The notes under the pieces: generated by a model
Database searches by the model: none
The model's input: only the letters and a program-made list of their open reading frames with translations
Told to the model about the DNA's origin: nothing
Position numbers and translations under genes: made by a program
Shown: positions 16,979 to 26,784 of the stretch, one piece after another
Layout of the letters: the number at the start of each line of letters is the position of its first letter
How positions within the stretch are numbered: position 1 is the first letter of the stretch
Virus record (IMG/VR): IMGVR_UViG_3300044645_001738
Span: 1-64,000 of that record
Origin: a virus
Taxonomy: Duplodnaviria > Caudoviricetes
Length of the DNA: 64,000 bases
Reading direction: 5' to 3' (one strand)

Positions 16979-17212
16979 ATGAGCTACGTCATTGTCTCTT
17001 GGAAATCAGGAGCACCGCATGCGGTACATGCATGCAACAAAACTAACTCTTTTCAGTTGGTTCCATTAGACTCTGACGTAGCTCTTACCAAAATTTTTTC
17101 GCATCCGTATCGTGCGGGTGCGCAACAAATTTTAAATTGGATTAACAAGAATGATGACCAGCTCGCCCGTCAAGAACTCGACGTTTACGATGAAGCCCAG
17201 TTCCGCAAGTGA
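16979..17212 (+). CDS. Hypothetical protein
   Basis: 77-aa ATG ORF upstream of polymerase. Confidence 0.55.
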   Translation: MSYVIVSWKSGAPHAVHACNKTNSFQLVPLDSDVALTKIFSHPYRAGAQQILNWINKNDDQLARQELDVYDEAQFRK

Positions 17213-19016
17213 TACTTGGCTTGTATTCGATTGTGAGACGGACGGGTTGTACGATCAAGCCACTGTTGTTCATTGCATTGTTATCTATGACATCAATAGA
17301 AAACAAACTTTTACTTACGGGCCTGATCGTATTACTGATGCTCTTGCTCATTTGGCAACCGCTGATGTACTCCTTGGTCACAATGTAATCTTCTATGACA
17401 TCCCTGTACTAACAAAGCTTTATCCTTCTTTCACATACAGTGCCAGAGTCATCGACACACTTGTATGCACTCGATTGATCTGGCCAAAGGAATTACTCAA
17501 TGACCTTGACACAGAACAATATCCGCAAGTTCCATCGAAACTGCGGGGATCAGCTTCTCTTAAGGCCTGGGGATGGCGCCTGGCCGATAACAAAATCAAC
17601 TTCAAAGACTTCTCGCAATACTCTGAGGAAATGCTGGAGTACTGTGTCCAGGACGTTGTCATTACTACCAGGCTTTGGCAAAAGATCGCAGACGAATACT
17701 ATCCGCAATCAGCGCTCAAACTTGAGCATGACTTTGCTATCGCGATTAACCGACAAATTAGATCAGGTATTCCTTTTGATGTTGATGCATCTCTTGATCT
17801 TGTGGATGAACTACGCACAAAGCAACAAAACATCGAGGCAAAGCTAAAAGAAATCTTTCCACCAATCAAACATGAAACAGTATTCATTCCAAAGGTCAAC
17901 AACAAAACCAGGGGTTATATCAAGGGTGAACCATTTGTAAAGATTCACTATGAAGAATTTAACCCTGGCTCTCGTAAGCAAATTGTTAATCGTCTACAAG
18001 AAAAGTACGGATGGACTCCTGAAAAAACAACTGAGAAAGGCAATTGTATTCTTGATGACGATGTACTTGAATCACTTCCATACCCAGAGGCCCAAGTACT
18101 AGCTCAATACATGCTGGTCAAAAAACGTCTGGGGCAAATCGTAGATGGCAACAACGCTTGGAACAAGTTGGTTAATAACGACACTGGTCGCATGCATGGT
18201 GATGTTGTTACTAATGGTTGTATCACTGGCCGCTGCGCTCATCGCAACCCAAACATGGGTCAAGTCCCTGCTGGTTACTCACCTTACGGTAAAGAATGCC
18301 GTTCTTTTTTCCATGCTCCTATGGGTTGGCAGCTACTTGGTATCGATGCCAAAGCGTTAGAGCTGCGTTGTCTTGCTGGATATCTAGCCATTTGGGATGG
18401 CGGTGAGTACGCCAAGCTTGTTGTTAATCCTGAATCAGATATCCATACAATCAACCAGGAACTATTTGGTGTGGCTACCAGGGATATTTCTAAGCGTTTG
18501 CTTTATGGATTGTTGTATGGAGCTGGTGCACTAAAGGCTGGTACGATTGTGGATCCGAATGAAAAAGATGAAACAGTTCTGCGTCAACTAGGAAGGACTG
18601 CAATCAATTCATTCATGAAAGGTGTACCTGCATTGCGTCACCTTAAAGAACAAATTGAAAATACACTTGCAGAACGCACGTATTTGATTGGGCTTGATGG
18701 TCGGCATTTGTATTGTCGTTCAGCGTTTAAAGGATTGAATGTGTTGTTGCAATCAGCAGGTGCAATCCTTATGAAGCAAGTTGTTATTACAATTCAAAAC
18801 AACATCACCAATAATTTAGGCCTGGTGTATGGAGAAGACTGGGAACAAATGCTGATGATCCATGATGAAGTTCAGTTGGCTGCCAAACCGGAACACATCT
18901 TAAAGATCCAAGAGCAGGCGATGGCTGCGTTCCCACAAGCACAGGAATTCTTTGGGTTCAGGTGTTTGATTGAAGGCGACTCTCGTGTAGGATCCAACTG
19001 GTCTGAAACCCATTGA
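17190..19016 (+). CDS. polA: DNA polymerase family A (T7-like) with 3'-5' exonuclease
   Basis: FDCETDG (ExoI), GHNVIFYD, YCVQDV, TGRCAH..PN, DAKALELR (motif A), KRLLYGLLYG (B), IHDEVQ (C). Confidence 0.97.
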   Translation: MKPSSASDTWLVFDCETDGLYDQATVVHCIVIYDINRKQTFTYGPDRITDALAHLATADVLLGHNVIFYDIPVLTKLYPSFTYSARVIDTLVCTRLIWPKELLNDLDTEQYPQVPSKLRGSASLKAWGWRLADNKINFKDFSQYSEEMLEYCVQDVVITTRLWQKIADEYYPQSALKLEHDFAIAINRQIRSGIPFDVDASLDLVDELRTKQQNIEAKLKEIFPPIKHETVFIPKVNNKTRGYIKGEPFVKIHYEEFNPGSRKQIVNRLQEKYGWTPEKTTEKGNCILDDDVLESLPYPEAQVLAQYMLVKKRLGQIVDGNNAWNKLVNNDTGRMHGDVVTNGCITGRCAHRNPNMGQVPAGYSPYGKECRSFFHAPMGWQLLGIDAKALELRCLAGYLAIWDGGEYAKLVVNPESDIHTINQELFGVATRDISKRLLYGLLYGAGALKAGTIVDPNEKDETVLRQLGRTAINSFMKGVPALRHLKEQIENTLAERTYLIGLDGRHLYCRSAFKGLNVLLQSAGAILMKQVVITIQNNITNNLGLVYGEDWEQMLMIHDEVQLAAKPEHILKIQEQAMAAFPQAQEFFGFRCLIEGDSRVGSNWSETH

Positions 19017-19180
19017 TTACCATGGACCCTCAAGTTGATTACGAGCTTCTGGCTAAAGACTTGTACTTGGCTGCTGATCATTTCTTTTGTTCAATGTTTG
19101 ATAGTTCTTGCTGGAACGACGAAGAATTAAACAGCAAGTACATAACAGTTCTTGGAGAAGCTCGCAGGGTATTTGGTTCC

Positions 19181-19207
19181 ACGTCCCAAGCATGACGCTA
19201 AACTGCT
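19181..19207 (+). ncRNA. Repeated pseudoknot element, copy 5
   Basis: ACGTC-CC-AAGCA-T-GACGC-TAAAC-TGCT. Confidence 0.65.
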
Positions 19208-19229
19208 GTAACACTATCCTTTTGATCCC

Positions 19230-20045
19230 ATGAACTTTTGTTGCATCTGCGCACAGTTGGGTGAAAACCCACGCGAAGTTTTTACCAGCGCATCCTCAAC
19301 TGCAATTCGTTGCTCCGTCATCCTTCCTCCCGTTGGAAACAAAGCACCTACCACAATTGAATACAACATCTACGGAAAACAATCCGAGCGTTTCCAGCGG
19401 CTGCATAAAGGAAACCTCATCTACATTCACGGCGCCAAGCTACGTTATGATCTCGAATCCAAAACGTATTCGCTACATGGAGGAGTTGTTGCAGAGGTTA
19501 CGGATACATTCCCAATCCTCAACTCAATTGTATTGACTGGCCGTTGTGTTAAAGACATTGATCAGTCTGATGCACGTGCATTTAAAACAACCGCTGATGG
19601 TTTGATGATTGCCAATCAAAGTATCTCGGTTAATACAGGTAAGGGTCAGGCAGATCTGTTTAACTTCTATGCAATCAACAATGCAACAGACAAGTTTAAT
19701 CAAGCCGAACTTCTGGTGAACTCCACCAGGAAAGGCACGGGCATTACGATCCATGGGCGATTGGTTACTGATCGTTTTAAAGATGCCAATACCCAGGAGA
19801 TTCGTAACATCTCCAAACTTCAACTGGTCAATATGACCTTGGCTCCCAAGGGGGCAGACGGTAGTGCGCCTAAGCCTGTAGCACCGCAAACAACTGTGGC
19901 ATCGGCAGGTGAGGTAACATCCCTCTGGGGTGGCCGCACCGCTGAGGAGAACAACGATCCTTGGAACCAAACATCAGGTGGCGGTCTGCCTGAGATTCCT
20001 GGTCAATACGGACAAGCCCCCAACCTCGACGAGATTCCTTTCTGA
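19230..20045 (+). CDS. ssb: Single-stranded DNA-binding protein, two OB folds
   Basis: NSIVLTGR..., KGTGITIHGRL, Gly/Pro linker, C-terminal LDEIPF. Confidence 0.85.
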   Translation: MNFCCICAQLGENPREVFTSASSTAIRCSVILPPVGNKAPTTIEYNIYGKQSERFQRLHKGNLIYIHGAKLRYDLESKTYSLHGGVVAEVTDTFPILNSIVLTGRCVKDIDQSDARAFKTTADGLMIANQSISVNTGKGQADLFNFYAINNATDKFNQAELLVNSTRKGTGITIHGRLVTDRFKDANTQEIRNISKLQLVNMTLAPKGADGSAPKPVAPQTTVASAGEVTSLWGGRTAEENNDPWNQTSGGGLPEIPGQYGQAPNLDEIPF

Positions 20046-20269
20046 TGACGATTCGGTTTTCCCACTCGGATGAAGATTTAAGTATTTCATTTGAGTCCCA
20101 AGCTGTTACTACGGATGAGGTGATGGCGCACTTCATTCAGTTTCTTTTGGCAATGGGGTATGCCCGTGAAAGTATTCATGAGGCCATGCAAGAAATCGTT
20201 GATGAACACGACGATTACTTGAAGAATCTTGACAAAGAAAAAGCTCGGCTGCCTTTTGACGTAGACTGA
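20045..20269 (+). CDS. Hypothetical protein
   Basis: F.QFLLAMGY motif; coupled to ssb. Confidence 0.65.
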   Translation: MTIRFSHSDEDLSISFESQAVTTDEVMAHFIQFLLAMGYARESIHEAMQEIVDEHDDYLKNLDKEKARLPFDVD

Positions 20270-20272
20270 GTC

Positions 20273-20300
20273 ACGCCTTGGGATGGCGTTAAAAGCATCC
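20273..20300 (+). ncRNA. Repeated pseudoknot element, copy 6 (divergent)
   Basis: ACGCC/GGCGT and GGAT/ATCC pairings, TAAAAG linker. Confidence 0.55.
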
Positions 20301-20321
20301 ATCGTTTACTACGAACTGACC

Positions 20322-21362
20322 ATGACCCAACTTCCGTCTTTGAAGGACATCAACACAATGGCTACGAAGAAAACTTCTGCTCTTGCTACACGCGGTCTGG
20401 AATCTTTTAAGATGTTCCAGTCCAAAGAATTTGTATCGGGTTACCAGAACCTGGTCACTATCCAACCACTGAACAAGTCCAAGACTCGTGGTTGGTTTGT
20501 GCGTAAGTCTGACCTTGACACCTGCGGTTGGACCGCAACTGAAGATCAGTTTGCCAAAGGTTCAGTCATCTGGAACTACAAGCAAACCTTTGGCATGGCT
20601 CCCAACACTTCAATTGAAGAAGGGTTGAACTTCATTGAGCCTCGCCTTCAAGTGCTGTTGCGTTCTCCCCTGATGGTTGAAGAAACTTCTGGGATGCGCC
20701 AGGTGATTGGTTCGTTTGACAATCCGAATGTCAAAGAACTGTTTGAGGCTGACAAGATTGCATCTGATCTTGCCAACAGCAAAGGTGAAATGTACAAGCG
20801 CAGGTACAGCGTGCGTACCAAATACCTGGTGTATGTGCTGACCCAGGACAACAAGCGTGCCCATAAGATCCCTATGATGCTGACGCTGAAAGGCTTGAAT
20901 GGTACTGACGTTTCTGAGAAGATCCGTCTGTATGAAAAGGAAATGTCTAAGTGCTTGAGCAAAGCACTGGACTCTGAGGTGCCTCTGGCATTCAATGAAA
21001 AGTTCTATGCCACTACGGTGTTCTGCCCTGTGCTGGCAAATGAAATGCGCGGTGCCAACAACGTTGAGATCTGCGCCATTGAATCCTTTGACATTCCTGA
21101 TTACAGCTCCCAGGAAGATGCAGTCGAATCTTTGAATCGTCTGTCAATTCCTGATGAAGATCGGGAATCAACCTGGAAGTATCAAGAGATGTTCCAGGAC
21201 TACATCAACGTCCATGCCAAACAGGACTCAGACAAACTCGGTGGTGCCTATGGCATTAAGGAAGGTGTTGAGATTCTGCCTGTGTCCCGCACCATGGATC
21301 CAGTAGATGTCAAAGCCCTGCCTTCTCGCGATGAGTTGACAGGGGAAGACTCTTCACTTTGA
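20322..21362 (+). CDS. Hypothetical protein in replication module (possibly DUF5895-like)
   Basis: Long ORF with biased codon usage; AHKIPMMLTLKG motif. Confidence 0.7.
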   Translation: MTQLPSLKDINTMATKKTSALATRGLESFKMFQSKEFVSGYQNLVTIQPLNKSKTRGWFVRKSDLDTCGWTATEDQFAKGSVIWNYKQTFGMAPNTSIEEGLNFIEPRLQVLLRSPLMVEETSGMRQVIGSFDNPNVKELFEADKIASDLANSKGEMYKRRYSVRTKYLVYVLTQDNKRAHKIPMMLTLKGLNGTDVSEKIRLYEKEMSKCLSKALDSEVPLAFNEKFYATTVFCPVLANEMRGANNVEICAIESFDIPDYSSQEDAVESLNRLSIPDEDRESTWKYQEMFQDYINVHAKQDSDKLGGAYGIKEGVEILPVSRTMDPVDVKALPSRDELTGEDSSL

Positions 21363-21620
21363 TGTAGGTTCAACCTTAGGGTTAGCCAGGTCATCTTGAT
21401 TAATGGAAACATTATTGAAGATGAACATATCCTGGACTAACCCTCGGATACAACCTTGACGATTAGTGGCGATCTGCGCAAGCAAGGTCGCCATTTCTTT
21501 TAACTCACTTACGGAGTTACAGTCTTGAATTGAACGTTTGATTTTTTCTAGCCAGAACTTATCGTCAAGCGATGGTTCAATCTGAAACTTGTTCAGGGGT
21601 ACGTACTGAATTTCTTCCAT
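21354..21620 (-). CDS. Possible divergent NblA-like protein
   Basis: PSLDDKFWLEKIKRSIQ...ELKEMATLL......RQGCIRGLV matches NblA helix-loop-helix spacing loosely. Confidence 0.4.
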   Translation of the reverse strand: MEEIQYVPLNKFQIEPSLDDKFWLEKIKRSIQDCNSVSELKEMATLLAQIATNRQGCIRGLVQDMFIFNNVSINQDDLANPKVEPTSK

Positions 21621-21894
21621 AGGTATTCAGTTGTTACAAATCAATTGTACTTCCATAGTTAAATGCAACGTCAACCTTCACAATGTATTAAGGAGCACAC
21701 AATGCACAAGGCTGATGCGGCTGCTATCATTGCGGGTAGCACCACGGCATTGGTTGGTGCTGCTATCATTGCGGTCGGCAGCACTCCCGTTGCCTGGGCT
21801 GCACTAGCATACGGGACCTACCGCATGAGCAAACAAGCTCACCGCCTAGTCCAGAGCCGCACTGACTCCAACATCCAAGAAGAAGATTCTTGGC

Positions 21895-22866
21895 ATGTCT
21901 AACTCAACCCTCAACTCAACCATGACTACTCGAACTGTTCTTGAACTCAACGCTGCACAAGCCAGCATTTACACTCGTACTAACATCCGTCGTGCTTACC
22001 AGGATTTTGATGACTCCGAGATTGCTGGCATTGGTGTGCGAGGCGACAATTGTATTGTTGTGCGTCGCGATGGTAGTGAGCAGACTTATGACAGGCAGTT
22101 GATTAAGACTGCGTTTAGCTCCTATACTCACCGTCTAAAAGATTTCTTCTCGTACCTTGGCCCTCATTACCGTGGCCCTAGTGTATGGCGTAACAATGCT
22201 TACGTATTGTTTAAAGGATGGACCTACACTCACGCCCTTGGACACACAACATCCCATGCAAAACTCCAAGCCCACTGGGCAGACAAGTTTATACACTTAT
22301 CAGATGCCGTTAAACTCACCACGTTGCTTCAGTCTGACCAAACGGACCTGGGCCATTTGGTGGCGCCAGACGGATTTCGGTTTTCGAATCGGCCGTTTGA
22401 TATGGACTCTGAGTTGGACAACGACAAAGAACAACAGCAGGTGCTTAATGAACCTAGTTGCTCGTGTGGGTCGTTTCAACGTCAGCTCAACAACCTATCT
22501 GCTTTCCAAGAAGAGATCCAGGGATTTAAACCGTGGTGTATTCACCTGACTTGGTTTCAGAAATACAGGGAACTGCTTTGCAAACGTACTGAGATTCGCA
22601 ATGCTGCACATAGTGGTGTGTCTGACAAGTGCGTGGCTTGGTGGTACGCACCTCCTGTTGACTCCAACAATGATGGACGTTTCGTATTGCTTCACACCAA
22701 GTCAGGTGCGCAAGCACCGCTTAGCCACTGGCGTACCTACAAACCACAAGAGGTCCTGACACAGAACGATGCATGGGACCTGTTCTTCAATATGATGGAG
22801 GCGGGTTACATTCCATTCCCTGGAATTTCACTCCCACAACTCAAGGAGGCCGTCAAGAAATCATGA
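21895..22866 (+). CDS. SWIM zinc-finger domain protein
   Basis: CSCGSF...PWCIHL. Confidence 0.7.
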   Translation: MSNSTLNSTMTTRTVLELNAAQASIYTRTNIRRAYQDFDDSEIAGIGVRGDNCIVVRRDGSEQTYDRQLIKTAFSSYTHRLKDFFSYLGPHYRGPSVWRNNAYVLFKGWTYTHALGHTTSHAKLQAHWADKFIHLSDAVKLTTLLQSDQTDLGHLVAPDGFRFSNRPFDMDSELDNDKEQQQVLNEPSCSCGSFQRQLNNLSAFQEEIQGFKPWCIHLTWFQKYRELLCKRTEIRNAAHSGVSDKCVAWWYAPPVDSNNDGRFVLLHTKSGAQAPLSHWRTYKPQEVLTQNDAWDLFFNMMEAGYIPFPGISLPQLKEAVKKS

Positions 22867-23185
22867 TCTTGTCTAATGGTAAACACAGTTATCATCTTGA
22901 GTTTGACGATGATACACATTGGGCACTTGTAAAAATTGGTGCCGAGATAAAGATGGATTCTGAAACCTATGCTGAACATGTATTAACCAGTCATGTCGAA
23001 CAATTCTTGGGTCAACAACCTACAAATTGAATACAAAGAAGAGCCTGATGGTTCCGGTACAATTGTCATTGAGTGGGATGAAAACGACTGCTCACTAGAA
23101 CAATGGATGTCATGGGGTGAAGAAAAACAAAAACAATTTATTTTTGATGCGCTTACTCTTGCTGTATCTGACGCACTAAACGACA

Positions 23186-23515
23186 ATGAAACTTGATTCA
23201 TGTGGGTTACCTGAAGATCAATTCATTGAGATCTTCCAGAAGAAGGCCCAGTTCTTAGGCAAACTATTAACAACATTTCATCCAGGGACGCAGACCATCA
23301 TGGATGAGAAGATTGCCTGGGAGATGTTCCAGGAATGTGTCTATGCTGCTGAAGCAGAAGCACGGGACATTGTTGATCCTGAAGGCAAGGATGATCCCTA
23401 TGGTCCCAAGATGTTTATCTCCCGTGAGGATATGATGCTTGAGATTAAAACTGTTAAAGAGAAAGTGCAAGCGCTTACCGATAGCATCTCTGTGTTAATT
23501 CATACAGAGAAGTGA
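23186..23515 (+). CDS. Hypothetical protein
   Basis: 109-aa ATG ORF. Confidence 0.6.
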   Translation: MKLDSCGLPEDQFIEIFQKKAQFLGKLLTTFHPGTQTIMDEKIAWEMFQECVYAAEAEARDIVDPEGKDDPYGPKMFISREDMMLEIKTVKEKVQALTDSISVLIHTEK

Positions 23516-23519
23516 CGAT

Positions 23520-23547
23520 GCGTCCTGGTCATGACGTTAAACTGACC
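23520..23547 (+). ncRNA. Repeated pseudoknot element, copy 7
   Basis: GCGTC-CT-GGTCA-T-GACGT-TAAAC-TGACC (compensatory stem 2). Confidence 0.7.
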
Positions 23548-23681
23548 TTAACCAAATCCACTAATCAACTCATGTTTGAATCCATCCTTGGCATTGTTCT
23601 TCCCGTTGTTAAAGATTTGTTGTGGGCAGCGGCAGGCATGGCGCTGACCTATTTGATTAACAAGGTTCAACATAGTTGGGC

Positions 23682-23894
23682 ATGACTAAACACGATGCAA
23701 CAAAACAAATCATTGCACTAGCTAAAACCTACGACTTTATTCTGATCAGGAAAAAGAAACATCTGATTTTCAAGCATCCGTCTGGTGCCACGCTTGTAAC
23801 ATCAGGTACCACTGGTGACTGGCGTGCGCTTAAAAATGTTGAAGCCAACATCAAACACATTCTTTTGAAGCATGACTCAAATCACATCAACTAA
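23682..23894 (+). CDS. HicA-like dsRBD-fold protein
   Basis: LAKTYDF.LIRKKKHLIFKHPSGATLVTSGT.GDWRA. Confidence 0.65.
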   Translation: MTKHDATKQIIALAKTYDFILIRKKKHLIFKHPSGATLVTSGTTGDWRALKNVEANIKHILLKHDSNHIN

Positions 23895-24573
23895 ACTCAA
23901 CGAGCTTAGTGTCATCAAACTCTACGAGCACTACAATGCTCTTGAAAAATCACTGCCTCTACTTACTCCTGAGTCCCAGGACTTGGCAAAAGCAGAGCTT
24001 GAAAGTTGCGCCAACCTACGGTCTGAAAAGGTTGATCGTATCTATTACGCCATGGCGGCGCACGACGACGCCTTGGAACGTATCAAGAAAGAAACTGAAC
24101 TCATTACGCAAGCTAAGCGTCACCACGAATCTCAGCTGCGGTCCCTCAAGGGGTTGTTAAACTGGTTGAAGCGGTCATTGCCATTTGATACCAACAAAAT
24201 CACTGGCCGCAACTATCAGTTCACACTTGTAAAGAAGAGGGAGTTAACGGTTGAAGTCTCGTCGGATCCAGACGTTTGGAGTCCTGAACACAGGCAACTC
24301 TATTGCATCGAAGAACAAGTCACCACAACTAAAGAAATTGTGCTACGTTCAATGTCAGGAGAAGTTCTTTCTACAAGAACAGAACCTGCCACCAAAACTA
24401 AAGTACTCCCAAACCTCGATGCCATCCGCGACGCCTACCAAGCCGGACAACTTCTACCAAGTGGGGTCAAGGTCTGCCAAGAGTACAGCATCCGTTCTAA
24501 GCGAATCTATGTCGAACCACGTGTGGAACTACAAGCATCCGAGTATCCAGGACAATTTCTACCTGAAGATTGA
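23872..24573 (+). CDS. Siphovirus Gp157-family protein
   Basis: Coiled coil EKVDRI...IKKE...LKGLL; C-terminal PNLDAIRDAYQAGQ.LPSGVKV. Confidence 0.7.
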   Translation: MTQITSTKLNELSVIKLYEHYNALEKSLPLLTPESQDLAKAELESCANLRSEKVDRIYYAMAAHDDALERIKKETELITQAKRHHESQLRSLKGLLNWLKRSLPFDTNKITGRNYQFTLVKKRELTVEVSSDPDVWSPEHRQLYCIEEQVTTTKEIVLRSMSGEVLSTRTEPATKTKVLPNLDAIRDAYQAGQLLPSGVKVCQEYSIRSKRIYVEPRVELQASEYPGQFLPED

Positions 24574-24826
24574 AGCGCCATCCAATGTAGATGATGCCAA
24601 GATCAAAATGAACTGCCATCAACACGCAGTGAAAGACTTTGATCTTCAGCTGGAAATGAATGATCTTGAGATTGATATGCTCAAAGATCAGGACCAGGTA
24701 CTGCCGTACAACGAAACACGTGCGGATGAATTAGACCAAAAGAAACTTAAGTTGCTCCTTGGTAAGAGGTTCCATCAAAATGCTATGAATGCTTATTGGT
24801 ATTACTTGGCTAAATGTGGTAAATAA
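24509..24826 (+). CDS. Hypothetical protein
   Basis: 3' part of ORF 24251..24826 from MSNHVW. Confidence 0.5.
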   Translation: MSNHVWNYKHPSIQDNFYLKIEAPSNVDDAKIKMNCHQHAVKDFDLQLEMNDLEIDMLKDQDQVLPYNETRADELDQKKLKLLLGKRFHQNAMNAYWYYLAKCGK

Positions 24827-24832
24827 ACAACA

Positions 24833-25309
24833 ATGAAAAAGTACCCGTCAACAGAAAAATTGCGTCAAGTATTTGATTATGTTGACGGGTGCCTTTATTG
24901 GAAAATAAAACCATGTATGGCTGTTTCTATTGGAGATAAAGCTGGAACAGATAAAGGAGCAAATGGTTACGCGCGTGTTAAGTATAATAAATCTATTTAT
25001 TTAATTCACCGTATTGTTTGGGTTTGGCATGGAAATAGTCTTGATGAAAATCAAGAGATTGATCACATCAACCGCAATAGAGCAGATAATCGAATTGAAA
25101 ATTTACGTCAAGTAAGCAGAGATAAAAATTTAGAAAATCAAAAAGGCAATATGGTTTGTTATTGCCCTAGCGTTAAAAGCAAAAACAAATGGAAGGCCTA
25201 TACAAAACAAACAAGCACAAACCGACAAGTTCATTTGGGTTATTATGAAACTAAAGAAGACGCTTTGCAAGCATTAAAAAACAATGAACGGAGATGCTGC
25301 TTTAAATAA
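24833..25309 (+). CDS. HNH homing endonuclease with AP2-like C-terminus
   Basis: HRIVW...IDHINRNRADNRIENLR; HLGYYET.EDA; AT-rich. Confidence 0.9.
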   Translation: MKKYPSTEKLRQVFDYVDGCLYWKIKPCMAVSIGDKAGTDKGANGYARVKYNKSIYLIHRIVWVWHGNSLDENQEIDHINRNRADNRIENLRQVSRDKNLENQKGNMVCYCPSVKSKNKWKAYTKQTSTNRQVHLGYYETKEDALQALKNNERRCCFK

Positions 25310-25547
25310 ATTAATCGCTGGTTTTACTCAAGATGGAACTCCATTGTCAGCCACCATCGGTTCAAAGCTTGAGCATGGTGTTCTTGTTTTAACCGCTGCA
25401 ATGTTATCAAATGAAAACCTAGCTGCTTCTATGAATGCCGAAGAAATGGTAGACGCTTCTATCAATTACTACAACGTAATCCAAGAACGTCTTGGTTACT
25501 ACCAGCAACATCAAGCCCATTCACTGGAACGACTTCTAAATAACTGA
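25284..25547 (+). CDS. Hypothetical protein
   Basis: 87-aa ATG ORF. Confidence 0.6.
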   Translation: MNGDAALNKLIAGFTQDGTPLSATIGSKLEHGVLVLTAAMLSNENLAASMNAEEMVDASINYYNVIQERLGYYQQHQAHSLERLLNN

Positions 25548-25765
25548 TATAGTGACTGGGTCCTTCCAGTTATTGATGGAACCAGTTACTGTGCCAAAAC
25601 TAACGGTGTCATTTGCAATTGACATTGAAGTGGAGTATGACTCCTTCGGTGGTAAAACGCCGCAGGATATTGCGATTGCGCTCCAGGATGAGATTGATGA
25701 TCTCCTCTACGAAGCAAGCCCCACTGTGTCTTCTGTATTCACTTCCATTACCGCACTGGATTCCA

Positions 25766-26092
25766 ATGACTGACGACCTCGCAATCAAACTTAAAACTGC
25801 TGGGGCTTTTGATACGCCTTGGCTCAAGGAACAACTCCGCAACTGGAATGTTATTGCTGAGCAAAAGAAAGCGGACTTTACTGAGCACATGTATGAGTGC
25901 TCTGGACGCCAGCACCCACAGCATCCTATGCACGGCCTCTACACCGGCCTGTGGGAAGCCTTCTGCCTGAATGAGGCAGGTCCGTACTGCCGGGAGAAGT
26001 ACTTCCAGATGGTGGAAGCAGTGCGTCAATACGAAGCTGGTTTGCTGCCAGCGGTTGCGCTTGACACAGAACCCATGGTAGTTATATCTTAA
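25766..26092 (+). CDS. Hypothetical protein
   Basis: From MTDDLAIKL; HPMHGLYTGLW motif. Confidence 0.65.
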   Translation: MTDDLAIKLKTAGAFDTPWLKEQLRNWNVIAEQKKADFTEHMYECSGRQHPQHPMHGLYTGLWEAFCLNEAGPYCREKYFQMVEAVRQYEAGLLPAVALDTEPMVVIS

Positions 26093-26117
26093 GCTTTATA
26101 TTGAACACAGCTGCTTC

Positions 26118-26152
26118 AAAGCACATCACAATGCGGGTGTGCTTTTTCTTTT
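26118..26152 (+). terminator. Rho-independent terminator
   Basis: AAAGCACATC...GGTGTGCTTT followed by TTCTTTT. Confidence 0.55.
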
Positions 26153-26620
26153 ATGGACCATCCCCACGAACCCATCAATGCCATCAAGGAATGGCAAAAG
26201 TGGTACCGCACTCACGCCGTTGTTGCTTCCATGGATGAACCGTTAATGTCTAAGGACTCACGCGAAAATTTGCACGACACCTCCAAGGCTACGCATGAGA
26301 TGCCCGACTGGCGTTCGTTTTACAAAGAACTTGCCGAGGTTGATATTGAACCTACCGAGGTAGATGACAACATCTATCTACAGAAAGCAATCGAACACTT
26401 TAGTGACACGCTTTGTGAATTTGCACATGAACTAAGTGCTGAACAGTTCTACAAAGCATTCTTGATTGCAGCTACAAATGTAGCCAAGAGTGCACAAGAT
26501 GATTACCTTAAGTGCAAAACATTAGTTGATCTTATTGAAGGCAATGAAGAAACAAAAGCGAGTCAATTATCCGAATTGGATATGCCACAAGTGCGGCGTA
26601 AAGCACGGTGCCTGGTATAA
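26153..26620 (+). CDS. Hypothetical protein
   Basis: 155-aa ATG ORF. Confidence 0.6.
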   Translation: MDHPHEPINAIKEWQKWYRTHAVVASMDEPLMSKDSRENLHDTSKATHEMPDWRSFYKELAEVDIEPTEVDDNIYLQKAIEHFSDTLCEFAHELSAEQFYKAFLIAATNVAKSAQDDYLKCKTLVDLIEGNEETKASQLSELDMPQVRRKARCLV

Positions 26621-26784
26621 GAACGGGACTTATATTGGACCTGACAATTACTCTACAAATCACATGGGAACTTGTGGTGTGTGTGGTGCAACTGATGTAA
26701 GCGTTACTGAGCCACGGGACTACGGCCACTTGCGTGCTGAGTGGAGGCAAGAAGAACTACAATAAGAAAAAGTCTTATGGCAAA

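Noticed and set aside
24833-25309. HNH genes as intron-encoded endonucleases
   Set aside because: They appear free-standing; polA, thyX and the helicase are uninterrupted and no group I core or intein motifs were seen.
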